Notes: generated by a model not told the origin, from the sequence alone. Counted from the first letter of the whole stretch, positions 23,019-37,128 are shown. The stretch: 63,813 nt of DNA, filler included, from Olpidium bornovanus S191 (GCA_017911155.1; 32 parts of 32 records of this genome joined end to end with filler, not necessarily neighbours in it), one strand, 5' to 3'. Made by a program: numbers and translations.

Positions 23019-25216
23019 ATGAATTTCTCAAACCCGCTCCATTCGGCCTTCGCCTACCCCGTAGGCCCGCCCGGGAGTGTCGTGTTCCAGGGCATTCCCG
23101 GGCAGCCGCTCCAGGACCAGCAGTACGATGACGGCTCATTCATGGCCCCGTTCTCCTCGCTGCCGTCGCCCACGTCCCCACCGCCGCTGCCCAAGGCGAC
23201 CCGGCCGCGGCCGAAACGGCCAAATCACAACGAGATGGAACGCAAGGTGCGAGTTCACCGTCTTCCGTCGAAGAAAGAAACAAAGAAAAAATTTGGCCGC
23301 GGGTCCCGCGGGTGAGGCCTAAAAACCCCCCCCCCCCCACCCGTTCCTACTCCACTTCGTCCTCCTCCCCCCGTCTCGCCTGCCGTTGGAAACGTATCTG
23401 CTTAACCACCCATTCGCCTCCCGGTTTTTAACCGGGTTGAAAATAAAAACAACAATAGCGCCGATCACGTCAAAAGGACTGCATCGGGGAGCTGAAGGAC
23501 GTCATTCCTACCCTTCAGATCGACAAGCCGTCCACCGCCCTGATCCTGCAGACTGCGAAGTTGTACATCGATTCTTTAAAAGCGAGAGTCGCGGAGATGG
23601 AGGACGAGATTTTCGCCACGCGGGAGGCGTTCGTGGAGCTGGCCGAGGGAGCCCCGGAGCAGCGCGTGGCGCTTCTGTACCGGCAGGCGGAGTCCAACGA
23701 GCGCCTGCGCCAAGAAAACGCCGACCTGAGAAGGCTGCTGGAGGAGCAGGAACAGCGGCTGTACTCCAAAACGGCGAAAGCGGACCCGCAGGACATCAAC
23801 CAACTGCCGCCGCAGCAGGAAAAGGAGGTGACGGGTGCCCGCTGTGCTTTTTTATTTTTATTTTTATTTATTTTTTTTTTTTTTTTTTTTTTTTGCTGAC
23901 ATTGCGGGGGCGGCCTGGCATATTTCGTTTTGGCGGACGAGGGTTTTTTTTTTATTTTGCTTAACTAGCCATTTGGGTCCCCGTTAAAACCGCAGGCGGA
24001 ATGGGGTGCGAACGTGCCTCTCCCGGGCATGGAACCCAGGGTCGACCTGGTGGACGCCGGCGGGGATGCTGCGCCCTTCGGCAACGCCATGTGGACGATG
24101 CCGCCCCCGATTTCCGATTTGCGGCTGCAGCAACCCCCCCTCGCGCCGTCGGCTCCGGAAAACGGCCAAAGCTTCGTTCGCTTCCAGCAAAATTCCGTGT
24201 TCAACGGGCCGCTGTTGGTGACCGCTCCCATGGGTCTACCTTCCAGCACGGCGCTTGTCCTGCCGCAGAACACGATGTATGACGAACAAATAGTATGTGT
24301 GGGCTGAGGGTAGGGTTCGTCCCCCCCCCCCCCCCAAAAAAAAAAAATCACAATGTTCTGACGTGCAAGCCGAATTTGCAGAAATCGGAAAACGCCTCTG
24401 GTGACGGCCTCGGCGGAACAGAGAACAATCAGCTGGTCATGCCCGGCCAACGCAGGAACACAACGTGAGCAAACCAAAAAAAAAAAAAAAAAAAAAAAAA
24501 ACCGGAAAGCGCTTTTCCTTAATTATTATTATTGTTATTTTTTCCTTTTCGCCCCTCGGGCTTTCTTGATACAAAAAGAAATAACCGACGCGGCCCTCTT
24601 CCCCCACCCCAATATAAAAAAATACCGGGAAACAGGCAGATCGACGGCGCGCATTTCGTCCAGCATCAGCACTCCGGTTTCTTCCCGCTCGGCGACGCCC
24701 AAGGCCCGATCGAGCCCGACCTCCGCGCGTCCCGCCACTCGGTCCCGACGCTGCTGGCCTCCGCCGCAGGTGCCGGCTCCTTCGGCGTCAGCGCGGCCCC
24801 GAAGCAGCCGTCCCTGCCCGCCCTGGACGCCCTTCCCAGCTTCTCTTTATCCTCCGGCCAGCCCCTAGACTCGATCAGCGACGTGAGCTACGGGTGGGAA
24901 GACGACGAAGTCAGGTGCAGGATCTGCCACACCGCCAATAACGGAACGTCGATGCTTCAGTGCGACGTATGTGCCATCCCCCCCTCCCTCCCGCCCGCCT
25001 GCCCCCTTCCCCCCCCCTCCCCGACTTCTCCGTTTATTTTTTTTTTTTCGCCTCGGGGGGGATTTTTTTTTGGGATGCGGGCTCTTTCTTCCACTTTTCC
25101 GTCCCCTCCCCTCCCCGATTTAGAAATGCAGGAACTGGCACCATTCGCAGTGCATCGGGCTGGACGTCGGAAAGCCGCCGGACTCGTGGGTCTGCTCTTC
25201 GTGCGCCGGCGGCTGA
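23019..25216 (+). CDS. bHLH-leucine zipper transcription factor with C-terminal PHD finger; complete 466-aa model, exons 23019-23246, 23459-23827, 23996-24292, 24382-24464, 24636-24966, 25124-25216
   Basis: All five introns are GT-AG and phase-compatible (1401 nt in total). bHLH: HNEMERK|RRSRQKDCIGELKDVIPTLQIDKPSTALILQTAKLYIDSLK. PHD: CRIC...MLQCD|KCRNWHHSQC...WVCSSC*. Confidence 0.85.
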
Positions 25217-26379
25217 CTTCGAGGGACCTCCGCGTTTGCAAGGATTCGGGCTATCGCAAAAAAACAAAAAAAAAAAAAATTGTAGGCGGCGCTCTGCGGG
25301 CTGGGGCATTTGTATTCGATACAATCGCCCAGCGGCAGTGACCATATTTATTACGCTTGGCTTTTTGGCCGCATTTTACTGTCGAAAAATACAATCCGCC
25401 ACATGCACCCCACCCCTCCCCGCTCCTCCCTTCCATGCTTCCGGCGTTGTGAAGTTGCAGAATTTTATCCGCGGGAGGGCGCCGGCTGCTACAACACCCC
25501 CACCGCTGACATACGTAACATCCGGCCCCGTCGAGCCGTCACGGGTCGGGGAGGGGGGTGGTGGAGGGGGCGAGTGTAACAGCCGGACTTTGACACCCCG
25601 CCGCGCGAACCACAAAAAGACGCAAAAATGCTCCGTAAGAGGCCAACGAAGCCGAGCGCAATTTCAGGGGAAAAGGAGAAAACAAAAAGCTACGGGCCGG
25701 TGGCACCCTCGCCGGTGGCCGACACGCCGGCGTTCGTTTGGTTTCCCAAAAAAAAAAAAAAAAAAAAAACCGCGCGAGAAAAGTTCCAGGCTTTTGCGGC
25801 GACTTGGGAAATGCGAAATTGAACCGCATATAACTGGAATGAAGAGTGTGAGCCGACTTTCACACGGAGTCCGCGAATCGCCGAATCACGGGGTGGGGGG
25901 GGGGGGGAGGGGGGGAGGGGGGGGCCAGGGTAGAAGAACGGGTGGGGCCAGGGTAGAGGAACCGAGCCAGGAGGAAGGGAAGAAGTACGCGGACGCTGGG
26001 CTCGAAGCGAGATGGAGAGCAGAGTTGGAGGACCACTTTCACGGGGTTCTGGAAAGGAATTTACCCTTGCTTTATTAACTTCCAGCCTTTTATTGTGATG
26101 GCTCCCTAGTGAGATTCTCCAGGGAAGCCCTTCGACGGGCCAGGGGCGTGTGTGTGTGTTGCCAGGAAATTGGTGGCCCTTTGGAAGGGCCGGGGGGTGC
26201 GCGCTAGAATTGGACGCCATTGAAAAAAAAAAAAAAAAAAAAAAAAAANNNNNNNNNNNNNNNNNNNNNNNNNNNNNNNNNNNNNNNNNNNNTTAATTAA
26301 TTAANNNNNNNNNNNNNNNNNNNNNNNNNNNNNNNNNNNNNNNNNNNNCATGAAATAAACGAATCAGATTTCCGCCTGC

Positions 26380-27205
26380 TTATCGGTAACAAAATCCGTG
26401 GGGCGAAAATTCGTCGTGTGTTCCAATACCGCGTAACGCCTCCAGCCGCCCCTCGCTCTCGTTCTTGAACTTCCATTTGTAGCTTGTTAGTTCCTTGGGG
26501 TCTACCTGCGACGAGCGTATCCCATCGTAGAATTTCTCTGAAACGCGTCGACAGTCGATGTCAACGCTCACCTGGCGGTGGGCTGGCGTGTGCGAAATAT
26601 TCATTTCAAAACGGCTGTCGTCGTCCACAACCGCTCACTTTCCAGCTTCCCGTCATTCCAGCGGCGCACAAACTTTTTGAACTGCCTGTGGCTTTCGTCG
26701 CTATTCAGCTTATCGAAGTAAAGGCCCTTTCGCTCGTGCAGCCACAAGCGAAACTCGGCAGACTTGGCGAAGTAGTCTTCCTCGGTGATAGCTGGTTCCC
26801 GAAGGAGGGCGGGTCCAACCTTACGTGAGCGGCCAAAGTTCCTCTTAAAAAACATGCGCCAACTAGTTTCCAGCTCTTACGGTTTGAAACTCGGGCCCTT
26901 TCCGCCTCCGCCCTACGCCGCTCCGCTCTCGCCCTGTCGGGATTCCTGCCCTTTTCTTCGTCACTGACGTCGCCGGAGTGTTCGTGGCTTCGCTTCTTGC
27001 TTTGGCGCAGCGACGACGACGTTGCCTCCTTGCTTTTCCTCTTTCGTTGGTGACGTTCCTCATGTCTCTCGTCGCCGTCGTAGCTGCCCTCTCGTCGCCT
27101 GGTCCTCCCGTGCTCCAAGTGGCGCCCACCGTGCTCGCCGCGGCGCGCCCTGTCTCCCGGGCTCCTGTCCCGGTGCCGGTGACGGTGCTCCCCGTGGGCA
27201 GACAT
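26380..27205 (-). CDS. Style cell-cycle inhibitor 1 (SCI1)-like conserved nuclear protein
   Basis: R/H/D-rich N-terminus, then ITEEDYFAKSAEFRLWLHERKGLYFDKLNSDESHRQFKKFVRRWNDGKL and FYDGIRSSQVDPKELTSYKWKF. Confidence 0.78.
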
Positions 27206-27674
27206 CCTTGCCGCGCGTTTGGTACGCCCGGGTGGTTCGGATAACTTTTCACCATCCTATGCGCAGTGGAGGAGCCACTTTGCATCACGTGATCAAATCC
27301 CCCCGTTGTCTTTTGGAGGACGTCGCTCACGTACGTAAGCTACATCCCCATTGCAGACGACAAACAATAAAATACGAAACCTTTGCACCGTCTCCCGTTT
27401 GGCTTTGTTGGCCCTTCCTTTTTATCGCAACACGTTATGAAGGAGTGAGCAGGCCGCTCGGTGGTCCAGAACCGCCGAATTGAGCGGGGAAAGGGGGGAG
27501 GTGAGGGGGAGGGACTTTTTCCTGTCGTTTTTGAAACGGGAAGGACGCATAATGCAAGCATGNNNNNNNNNNNNNNNNNNNNNNNNNNNNNNNNNNNNNN
27601 NNNNNNTTAATTAATTAANNNNNNNNNNNNNNNNNNNNNNNNNNNNNNNNNNNNNNNNNNNNCCTCGAGCCGCA

Positions 27675-28066
27675 CTGTGTGTGTAATTTCCGATGTGTGT
27701 GCGGGCGGGGCTACCCACACCCGCACACACACACATCTGCCGCCGCGCCGCGCGGGCGCCCAAGCCATGCAGCATTGCCCACAGCGATGCCCTTTGACAA
27801 GAGTCGGTCGCTGCCCACAAAGGTGTCGGCCTCCGGCCCCCATAGGCCATAGATATATAGAGGGTAATCATAGATTTAGAGATTCCCCACCTTTTCTTCC
27901 GCTTTCCCGCATTCTCCTAAACACCCCAAAGCTCAGAAGTCTCGGCTGGTACGAGGCTCGAACCCACTTCTTGACTCTCTCACACTCCCATCACTTCTCG
28001 GCCTGTATTCTTGGTCATAGCTTCTATATCGCTATTAATACAAAGCGATCGACTGTGTGCGTTACA
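27675..28066 (-). mobile_element. Putative 3' LTR of a Ty3/gypsy element
   Basis: Lies downstream of the integrase end on the same strand; begins TGTAAC at 28066, contains TATATA and ends near a CA run. No second copy here to confirm the boundaries. Confidence 0.45.
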
Positions 28067-28311
28067 GGTCGGAGCTCACGCGAACTCCCCTTTTTCGGAC
28101 CGAACAACGAACTATTGGACCCGCCAACGAGACGATCGGAGCTTATGCGAACTCCCCTTTATCGGACCGAACAACGAACCGTTGGACCCTCCGACGAGAC
28201 GGTCGGAGCTCACGCGAACCCCCCTTTTTTGGACCGAACAACGAACCGTTGGACCTGCCGACGAGACGGTCGGAGCTTACGCAAACTCCACGTTTTCGGA
28301 CCGAACAACGC
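28067..28311 (+). repeat. 67-bp tandem repeat, about 3.6 copies
   Basis: GRTCGGAGCTYAYGCRAAC...GGACCGAACAACG units start at 28067, 28134, 28201 and 28268. Confidence 0.95.
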
Positions 28312-28583
28312 CGCAAACGGGAGCCCCAGGGCGCCGCCCCCTCTCCCCTGCCAGACCGTCTCCGAATATGCCCACGCTCTGACGGCGACGCGGCAGGGTG
28401 TCAGGTATGGACTGGTCCCGGGTGCGTCCTTCGCGGCCTCCTAACTCCCCTCCTTTCTCGCAGAGAGCGGCTCTCCGATTTGCGCGCCCGAACCTCCGCT
28501 TGCCGGTCGGGAATCCTAGGTTGCCTACGTACTCCCAACGTAAGAGGATCAGGGTCGTAGTAGTTCCGTCTTTGGCGTCATTC

Positions 28584-28842
28584 TCACAGCGCCTCTCCCT
28601 GGCCCCCACCGCGTTCCTCTTTGTCCATCTCCCTCGCGCCCTCCTGCTCCCCACGCTGCCCTTCGTCCTCATCCTGCAAGGCGAACTTGCCGCCTTTGTT
28701 CTTGAAAAGTTTCAACCTTTTTTCTGCGACCCGCCCTTCCAAGGCCGTCCCGTCAAGTTCTCGCAACGAGTAGGTCTCAGTCTCTTTGAGGACCCTATCG
28801 ATGCAATACGGTCCAAACCACCGGCGTGCAAACTTACCATGC
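28584..28842 (-). mobile_element. Ty3/gypsy integrase C-terminus (GPY/F region)
   Basis: HGKFARRWFGPYCIDRVLKETETYSLRELDGTALEGRVAEKRLKLF...*. Confidence 0.85.
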
Positions 28843-28942
28843 NNNNNNNNNNNNNNNNNNNNNNNNNNNNNNNNNNNNNNNNNNNNTTAATTAATTAANN
28901 NNNNNNNNNNNNNNNNNNNNNNNNNNNNNNNNNNNNNNNNNN

Positions 28943-30608
<1,666 letters not shown>

Positions 30609-30659
30609 TCAATTATGCGCCTTGGTATAAGCTGTTGTATTTTTCCTTCTGGATTGACT

Positions 30660-30767
30660 CCCTGGCCGAGGAGGGATTGCCGAGGAGGAAAAAAGCCCGG
30701 GAAACACTGAGGCTAACCAAACTAACCTCGGCTGCACCCTCTCGTCCCCTGAGCTCGCAGTGCCCCG
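30660..30767 (+). repeat. Dispersed repeat, copy B, about 110 bp upstream of a gag start codon
   Basis: Colinear similarity to 18570-18653. Confidence 0.8.
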
Positions 30768-30821
30768 GATAAACCTTTCCCCCCACACCCCTCTCCCATT
30801 CCCACCCCAAACCAAAAAACC

Positions 30822-30852
<31 letters not shown>

Positions 30853-30874
30853 AAAAAAATCTCACCCGCTTCAA

Positions 30875-31341
30875 ATGGCATCCCTCAACGCGGCGCCGGC
30901 CAGGATCACTCCCAAGATCATGGCCTACTTCCAATAGCTACTCGCGTCCAAAGTAGACAAGGCTCGGGAACAAACTCACGCCGAGGTCGCGTCTACAGAA
31001 GCCATTGCCAGCAGGAAGCCCTCGGGGCAGGAGCGAGCTGTGGCCAAGCTCCTCCTGCAGACCATGAAGAACTTCACCGGGAAGGATCGCCGCCCCCTTG
31101 TTCTTCACACCTTCCTCCAAGACTGATGTTTCTTGAAGGGAAGGAGCGTGGGATTACATTCAGTGCAATGCTTGCGGAAGACGCGGCGATTTGGTACCAG
31201 AGCCTCAACCGCCTGTACGAATGGGAAAAATTTTGCCGGGAATTCCTGCACCGCTTCCTTGATCCACAAGCGGAAGAAAACGCGCGGATCAGGCTCCACA
31301 AGCTTCGGCAGACTGCTTCTGCGAAGAAATATACGGAGGAG
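30875..31341 (+). mobile_element. Decayed Ty3/gypsy gag (Retrotrans_gag-like), 3'-partial
   Basis: MASLNAAPARITPKIMAYFQ*LL (TAG 30935-30937)...MKNFTGKD; then a frameshift to AMLAEDAAIWYQSLNRLYEWEKFCREFLHRFLDPQAEENARIRLHKLRQTASAKKYTEE. Confidence 0.85.
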
Positions 31342-31453
31342 NNNNNNNNNNNNNNNNNNNNNNNNNNNNNNNNNNNNNNNNNNNNTTAATTAATTAANNN
31401 NNNNNNNNNNNNNNNNNNNNNNNNNNNNNNNNNNNNNNNNNAAAAAAACGGAG

Positions 31454-31505
<52 letters not shown>

Positions 31506-31523
31506 AAAAAAGAAAAAAAGAGA

Positions 31524-33591
31524 ATGGCTTCGCCGGCCAGCCTCGCTCGCGCGCAAACGCAGAAGCCGCCGGCGGCGACGGCACTGCCGTTGGCCTCCAC
31601 GCCGCCGGGCGGTCCCGTCCCGCCCCACTACCTGCGGCGCGGTTCGTGGCGGTCGGACGTCCAGCAGCAGCCCTCAGGCGGTACCGACGGTCCCGCCTCG
31701 GAACACTACCGGCGGCGCGACTCGTTCCGATCGGACGTACAGCAGCAGCCCTCCGGCGGCGCCGGTGCTGTTTCGGAACACTACCGGCGGCGCGGCTCGT
31801 GGCGATCGGACGTCCAGCAGCAGCCCTCCGGCGGCGCCGGTGCTGTCTCGGAACACTACCGGCGGCGCGGCTCGTGGCGATCGGACGTCCAGCAGCAGCC
31901 CTTCGGCGGTATCCCGGAGCTCCGCGGCGTGAAGCAGCCGGAGACCTCAGGGGAGATGCTCAACCGCGGCGACTGGCCTGATTGGAAGCAAGACGACGCA
32001 CGTTCCTTGAGGTGAGGCGAACGGCGGACAGATCTCGGAGCCGAACCCTCGCCTCCGGAGCGCGGGGAAATGGGGGAGGGGTGAGCTTGCAGCACTGCTC
32101 TTGAACATTCCGTGCGTCACTCGCTGCGGTTTCTCTACCCTGCTATATCAAGTCAAACCACCACGGCGCGTCAACGTGTGCACGGATCAGGTAGAACCCT
32201 GCGGAGGGCTTTGCGTTCGGAGGTTTTCGCGAGGAAAGCCGGCCAAACGGATGAAGCCAGACTCGTTCAGAGCGAGGCAGAGGACGCAGGGGCCGATCCG
32301 GTCATCGGTCGTCCGACACCGCTCAGGAGTGTCGCTCGCCTGGATCAGGCGGGATGGGCTGCGGTGTCTCTGGGTCCCTCGAACAAGCCGACCCCGGATG
32401 CCGTCGACCTGCAGTCCGCGCACCCGGAGGATTCCCGGAAGGCGCTCGAAAACCGGTGGGTCACATTATCGCGAGACAGAACAACCGAACCTCGTTTGGG
32501 CTTGCTCCACGGTCGCTTGGCGGCAAAACGTGGCTGACAGCGGTGCTCGGAACACCTTGCAGCGTCGGGATGGCCGGTAACCCGCAGCGCCGGAAACGGC
32601 GTCCGGCAACGTTAAGCGGCGGAGATCGTGTCGACCAGGCTGCCGATGCAGAGGATGCTGGGCAGATTCCTCCCGCGCCTGCCGGCCGCGGCTGCGATCT
32701 CGGCGAGGGAGAAGCCAGCTGGAAAACCGCTGCGACGTCATTACCGGACCACGCGATTTTCGAACAAGAAATTCTCGCAGCGGAGAATCCTGTTCCGGCG
32801 GTTGGGCACGCCGACGAGGACCGCACAGCAGACGAGATGGACGCGGAAGCGGGGAAGCCTCTGAGGCGACGGCCAACGTCGCTGGCCAGCCAGGTGCGGT
32901 TGGACCAGCGACATCTCCAGGGCCGCTCGCTCCAGCTGGAATCACCGGAAGCCGCCAAGCGAAGAGGAGCGCGCAGCGAAAGGAGAGGGCAAGGGGCCAT
33001 GTTCTCCCGGAAGTCTGCGACGTCCCCGGCCCGCCAGGCAGAGCTGGACGAAGAAGACGTTGTCGCGGACGATTCACTTCCGCCGCCACCGCCGGGCGCG
33101 GCCGGCGGCGGAAGTGCAGATCGCCGAACTCGGAAGCCGAAACGACTGAGGCGGCGGTCGACTTCGCTCTCCAGTCGCGCGCGGCTCGACGACCGAGCGG
33201 CGTACGCCTCTCCAAGCGGGGCGGACGATCCCGTGAGCAGCAGGCCGCGAAGAGCGAAAAACCCGACCAAGGTGGCGCCGGATTCTGCGCTCTTCGTCAA
33301 ATCGCCGCACACAGGTATGGGGCTTCCCGCTTTGCGGGGGGTTTTGAAGGAGAGGCTTTCGAGGGGGCGGAGAGTCGGCTTTGCGGCCGCGCCCGTCCTC
33401 CTACGGGGCCGTATTCGCTCACCCAGCCTGTTTTTCCTGCCGCGCACTTCACGGAAAGATCAGGAATTGATTATTGACCCGGCAGACGTGGTCGCCGATC
33501 TGAAAGTCGGGGAATCACTTGTAACGGACGACCCGCAGTCTTCCCTGCTCTACGGGAAATACTCGCCTTTGCGCGGAGGTCATCTTCCATG
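31524..33591 (+). CDS. Low-complexity, probably disordered protein with an N-terminal tandem repeat, multi-exon, 3'-partial
   Basis: ATG at 31524; GT-AG junctions (donors near 32012 and 32457) link long open frames; many RRxS/T motifs; no folded domain recognised. Confidence 0.6.
31626..31903 (+). repeat. Coding tandem repeat, 75-78 bp (25-26 aa), about 4 copies
   Basis: HYxRRGSWRSDVQQQPSGG units; HY codons at 31626, 31704, 31779 and 31854. Confidence 0.95.
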
Positions 33592-33691
33592 NNNNNNNNN
33601 NNNNNNNNNNNNNNNNNNNNNNNNNNNNNNNNNNNTTAATTAATTAANNNNNNNNNNNNNNNNNNNNNNNNNNNNNNNNNNNNNNNNNNNN

Positions 33692-35524
33692 CATGGTTGA
33701 AGGGGTTGTCGCCGCCACCACTGGACAAAAAGCGGGTAAATCTGCCGTCGTCTGAATAGGACCAAACACAAATCGGAGTCTGGCGCTTGATGAATCATAC
33801 CGCACGCTAGGGATTGGGTCATCGGACGAAATGCAGTTTACCAAGATCTTGGAGTAAGAACAAATCTCTGTTTTCGCCGCCTCTCCGGGTTAATCCTTTC
33901 TGCATGCTGATAAACGCTCGGCGCACGCAGATGCGTAGCCATCGCTCTGCACAATCTAAGGCCGGACGAAAAGTCAAGCGAAAAGGATGTTGTTAAGGAC
34001 GGGCACGGCCGCTTTGCAAGTCCGGATGATATCCCCGTCGTTGTCATTGAGTGAGTTGTGCCTGACGCCGGCGGCGGCGGCTTTTATGTTACCCATTCTG
34101 ACGTAATATCCTGTGGCGACGGCTGTCACCCAGCGATTACGACGTGCGGGAACTGAAAGGAGCCAAATCGCAAATCTGGGATCAGCTCGCCAACTGGGCA
34201 TCGCTGCTTGTTGAAAATCGTATGATCCCGGGGTGACTTTTCTCGGACTGTGCGGGCGACGGTGCCCTAATCTTTTATTATCGACGACGCAGGTATCGCA
34301 CACGTCGTGTTTATAACAACCACGGTAACTGCCGCGAAGCCGCTCTCCAAAGGTGGGTATAGGGCAGATCGTTTCTCTTTTGGACGCCATTGGCCTGAAA
34401 GAATGACCAACGGACCTTGGGCGAATAGCTCTGCCGAACAGGACTTTGGAGGCCGTCACTCTGGCCGACGGTGAGTGCGGAGGTCGACCATGTTGCACAA
34501 TGGCCGCCGTGACCTCCTCGCCTTGTTAACTCGTGCGAGCCAGCTTCTCCGGCCACTGCGGTCGCCTACCTCCGACAGCAGCTGAAGCTCGAAGAGAAGG
34601 AGCTGCCGGGCCTGGGGGAGGCGGTTGATAAGCTTGGAGGGCGGGCGACAGACCTGGAGATATTCCTGTACAAAATGCGCACCGGTTTGGCGCCAGAAGA
34701 GGCCATCAACGACCTGATTTTCCGGGCCGTCATTGAAGTCCGGAAGCACGCGTTCGGCGACGAGCTTGACAAGGACACAGCAAAGGTGCGAAAGGGCTCG
34801 GCTTCGCCTGCCGCGGCGAAGTCTGAATCAAACGTCTGACCGCGTCGCTCTAGATTCCGTGGACACCAATGCAGTTCTGGGACGTTGCCGGCCGTTTGGC
34901 AACCGCTGAAACGGTATGCCTATTGGCTGGCGGTGGGGGTTTGACTACCGAGCGGATTGTTACTCATTCTCCGCACACAGGTGCATTATGACGCCATCCG
35001 CTTTTCGCCTATTTTCGGAGGCGACGAGAAGCCGATTCAGGGCATGGAGGCTGCCGGTCTAATTCAAATAATCCAAAAGGTTGACAGGAGGACCCCGCTC
35101 TCCCCGCGCGCCCGTTGTTTCCGCGGTAACTTTTTGTCCGGGCTATTTCTTATTTTGCGTTTAATTGTGACAACGTCAATTTCGACAGAGCGGCAGGCCG
35201 TATTACGTCCGCGCGAGCCGTCCTCTTTACCGCGCGGCTTTCCAGCAAATGATGTCCGACCCGAAGCTCTCCGCTTCTATGAAGTACCTCACGAGCAAGC
35301 AGCTTTTCGACGGCGCGAACGCCAGCCTGGAAAAGGTGGAGAGGGAACTCGCCGAACTCGGCCGCCTTTTCCTGCCGAAGAAAGGCGCCTGGGTCGCTTT
35401 CGGGACCCCGCCCGAGATCGTATCCAGGATCCACTATCTCCTCGGAAAGGTCAAAGCTTTACAGGGCCAGATCGAGTCGTTCGAGCTCGAGATGGGAACG
35501 GCGAAAAAGACGTTGGAGGCGTAG
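33692..35524 (+). CDS. YME2: Mitochondrial escape protein 2 (RNA12 domain), multi-exon, 5'-partial
   Basis: Exons give VAATTGQKAG, DIPVVVIE, IWDQLANWASLLVENR|IAHVVF, ALPNRTLEAVTLAD, LGGRATDLE, WTPMQFW, PLYRAAFQQMMSD...; ends TAG at 35522-35524. Confidence 0.88.
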
Positions 35525-36054
35525 GGGTTGGGCAGTCAGTCGGCCTAGGTTTTTCCGAACCACCCTGCGATGTTGCGCCGTTTAGTCCTTCATGCTACGC
35601 CACTCTAAAAGGCGACGCTATCAGAGAGCGCGTTCATCGATGGTGCTGCGCGGTTCACGAGCAAAAAGGAATCCAAAAACCGGGAGAGCTAAGGTGAACC
35701 TTTCGATTTCGGAGTTTGTGTCCCTCCGGAAACGGCCGGCGTCCGAAGACCGGACGGTGGCGGGCTCAGATCCAGGATGACCCGATGAGGCTTTCCAGGG
35801 AAATTCTTTGCTGGTTTGATGGACGTTCCTCACGATTTCGCTGTCAGTCGTCCGTTCACAGGCGCGCGAACTTGGTGGCCCGGGCGGGGCCAGTTCACAT
35901 TGCGGGCTGCCTTGCACTAGTCCCTGTTCAGGGTGGTCCGGGGAAAACCAACCTGGGGGCGCAAAGGCAAAACGAGCTGCTGCTCTCCGGCCCCCCGCGG
36001 CCCGGTCTTCGAAGTCTTTCTTCCCCCCTCCCCCCCCCCCCCCCCCCCCCCCCC

Positions 36055-36088
<34 letters not shown>

Positions 36089-37120
36089 GGGGGGGGGGGG
36101 GGGGGGGGCGGCGGGGGGGGNNNNNNNNNNNNNNNNNNNNNNNNNNNNNNNNNNNNNNNNNNNNTTAATTAATTAANNNNNNNNNNNNNNNNNNNNNNNN
36201 NNNNNNNNNNNNNNNNNNNNCTCTTTTTCTCTTTTTCTCTCTTGCTTTCTCTCTATCTGTCCCCCCCCCCCCCCCCCCCCCGTGTATATCACGGACCTCC
36301 CATCCCCCTGCCTCCGGAGCTTGTTCTCGACGCGCGCCTTGGCCTTTTCTAGTTCCCGCGGTAAGAAAGAGACAAAAAATAACGTGTTCTTTTCGCCAAC
36401 TGTCGCCCTCTCTCTTTGGCCCTCGCGCAGGCTGCGAGCCCCTTCGGTCTTTGCCGCCGGCGCGTGGACGGACTGGATTTGTCCTCGCCGGCGTCTGAAG
36501 GGCGCCGCTGCCCACCACAGCATGCGAAGTGCATTCAACGAGCTGCCGTTTCGGCTTGGACGCCTAAAGGTGCTGCCATAGTTACCATTTAGGGTTCCGG
36601 GTTTCGCGGTTACGGCGTTCTCCAGAAAAGTACTCCGGAGACCGTCAGGGCCCCCGAAGCGAGCTCGCGCGGCCCTTCGAGCTCGCGACGCTTGGCTCCC
36701 TAGAAACAGTATTCCTTTCACAAACTAGATTGCACGTTGGTCCGACTGACGTCCCGCTGCGGCCGCGTTATGATACCGCATTTTTCGGGAGGCCAACACC
36801 CGACGTTCCGCAGTTGCAGTCGTCCGGCCTTGGCGGTGCAAATTGCTAAGGGAACACACACGGCGTGGACGTTCACCGCGGCGGCAACTGCCGGGCTTCT
36901 TCCGGAGGCCAGCGCGGAGTTGCGGTTCCAACTACAAAAAAAAAAAAAACAAAAAAAAAGCCGCTTGCTGGCGTTCGCGTCTCCCGACCAGCCAGCAGCT
37001 CGTAGACGGTCGGAGGGCGCTTGGGGCCCGGTCCGTTCGGCAGGGCCCGCCGCGTCCACACGCGGCGGGGGGCGTTTCGGAAGCCGCCGAGTGGGAGGGA
37101 GACTCAATCAGCAGGGCTCG

Positions 37121-37128
37121 CACGTGAC
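37121..37128. promoter_or_regulatory. E-box (CACGTGAC) upstream of the CCDC43-like gene
   Basis: CACGTGACACACGT about 130 bp before the ATG at 37258. Confidence 0.45.

Noticed and set aside
27940-27975. tRNA gene (GTGGGTTCGAGCC B-box-like motif on the minus strand)
   Set aside because: The T-stem pairs poorly and no acceptor, D or anticodon arms can be folded.
28067-28311. CRISPR array
   Set aside because: Head-to-tail 67-bp units with no unique spacers, no cas genes, and a eukaryotic retrotransposon context.
35870-35920. Helitron 3' end (GC hairpin then CTAG)
   Set aside because: The hairpin is about 28 nt from the CTAG, farther than typical, and there is no other Helitron evidence.
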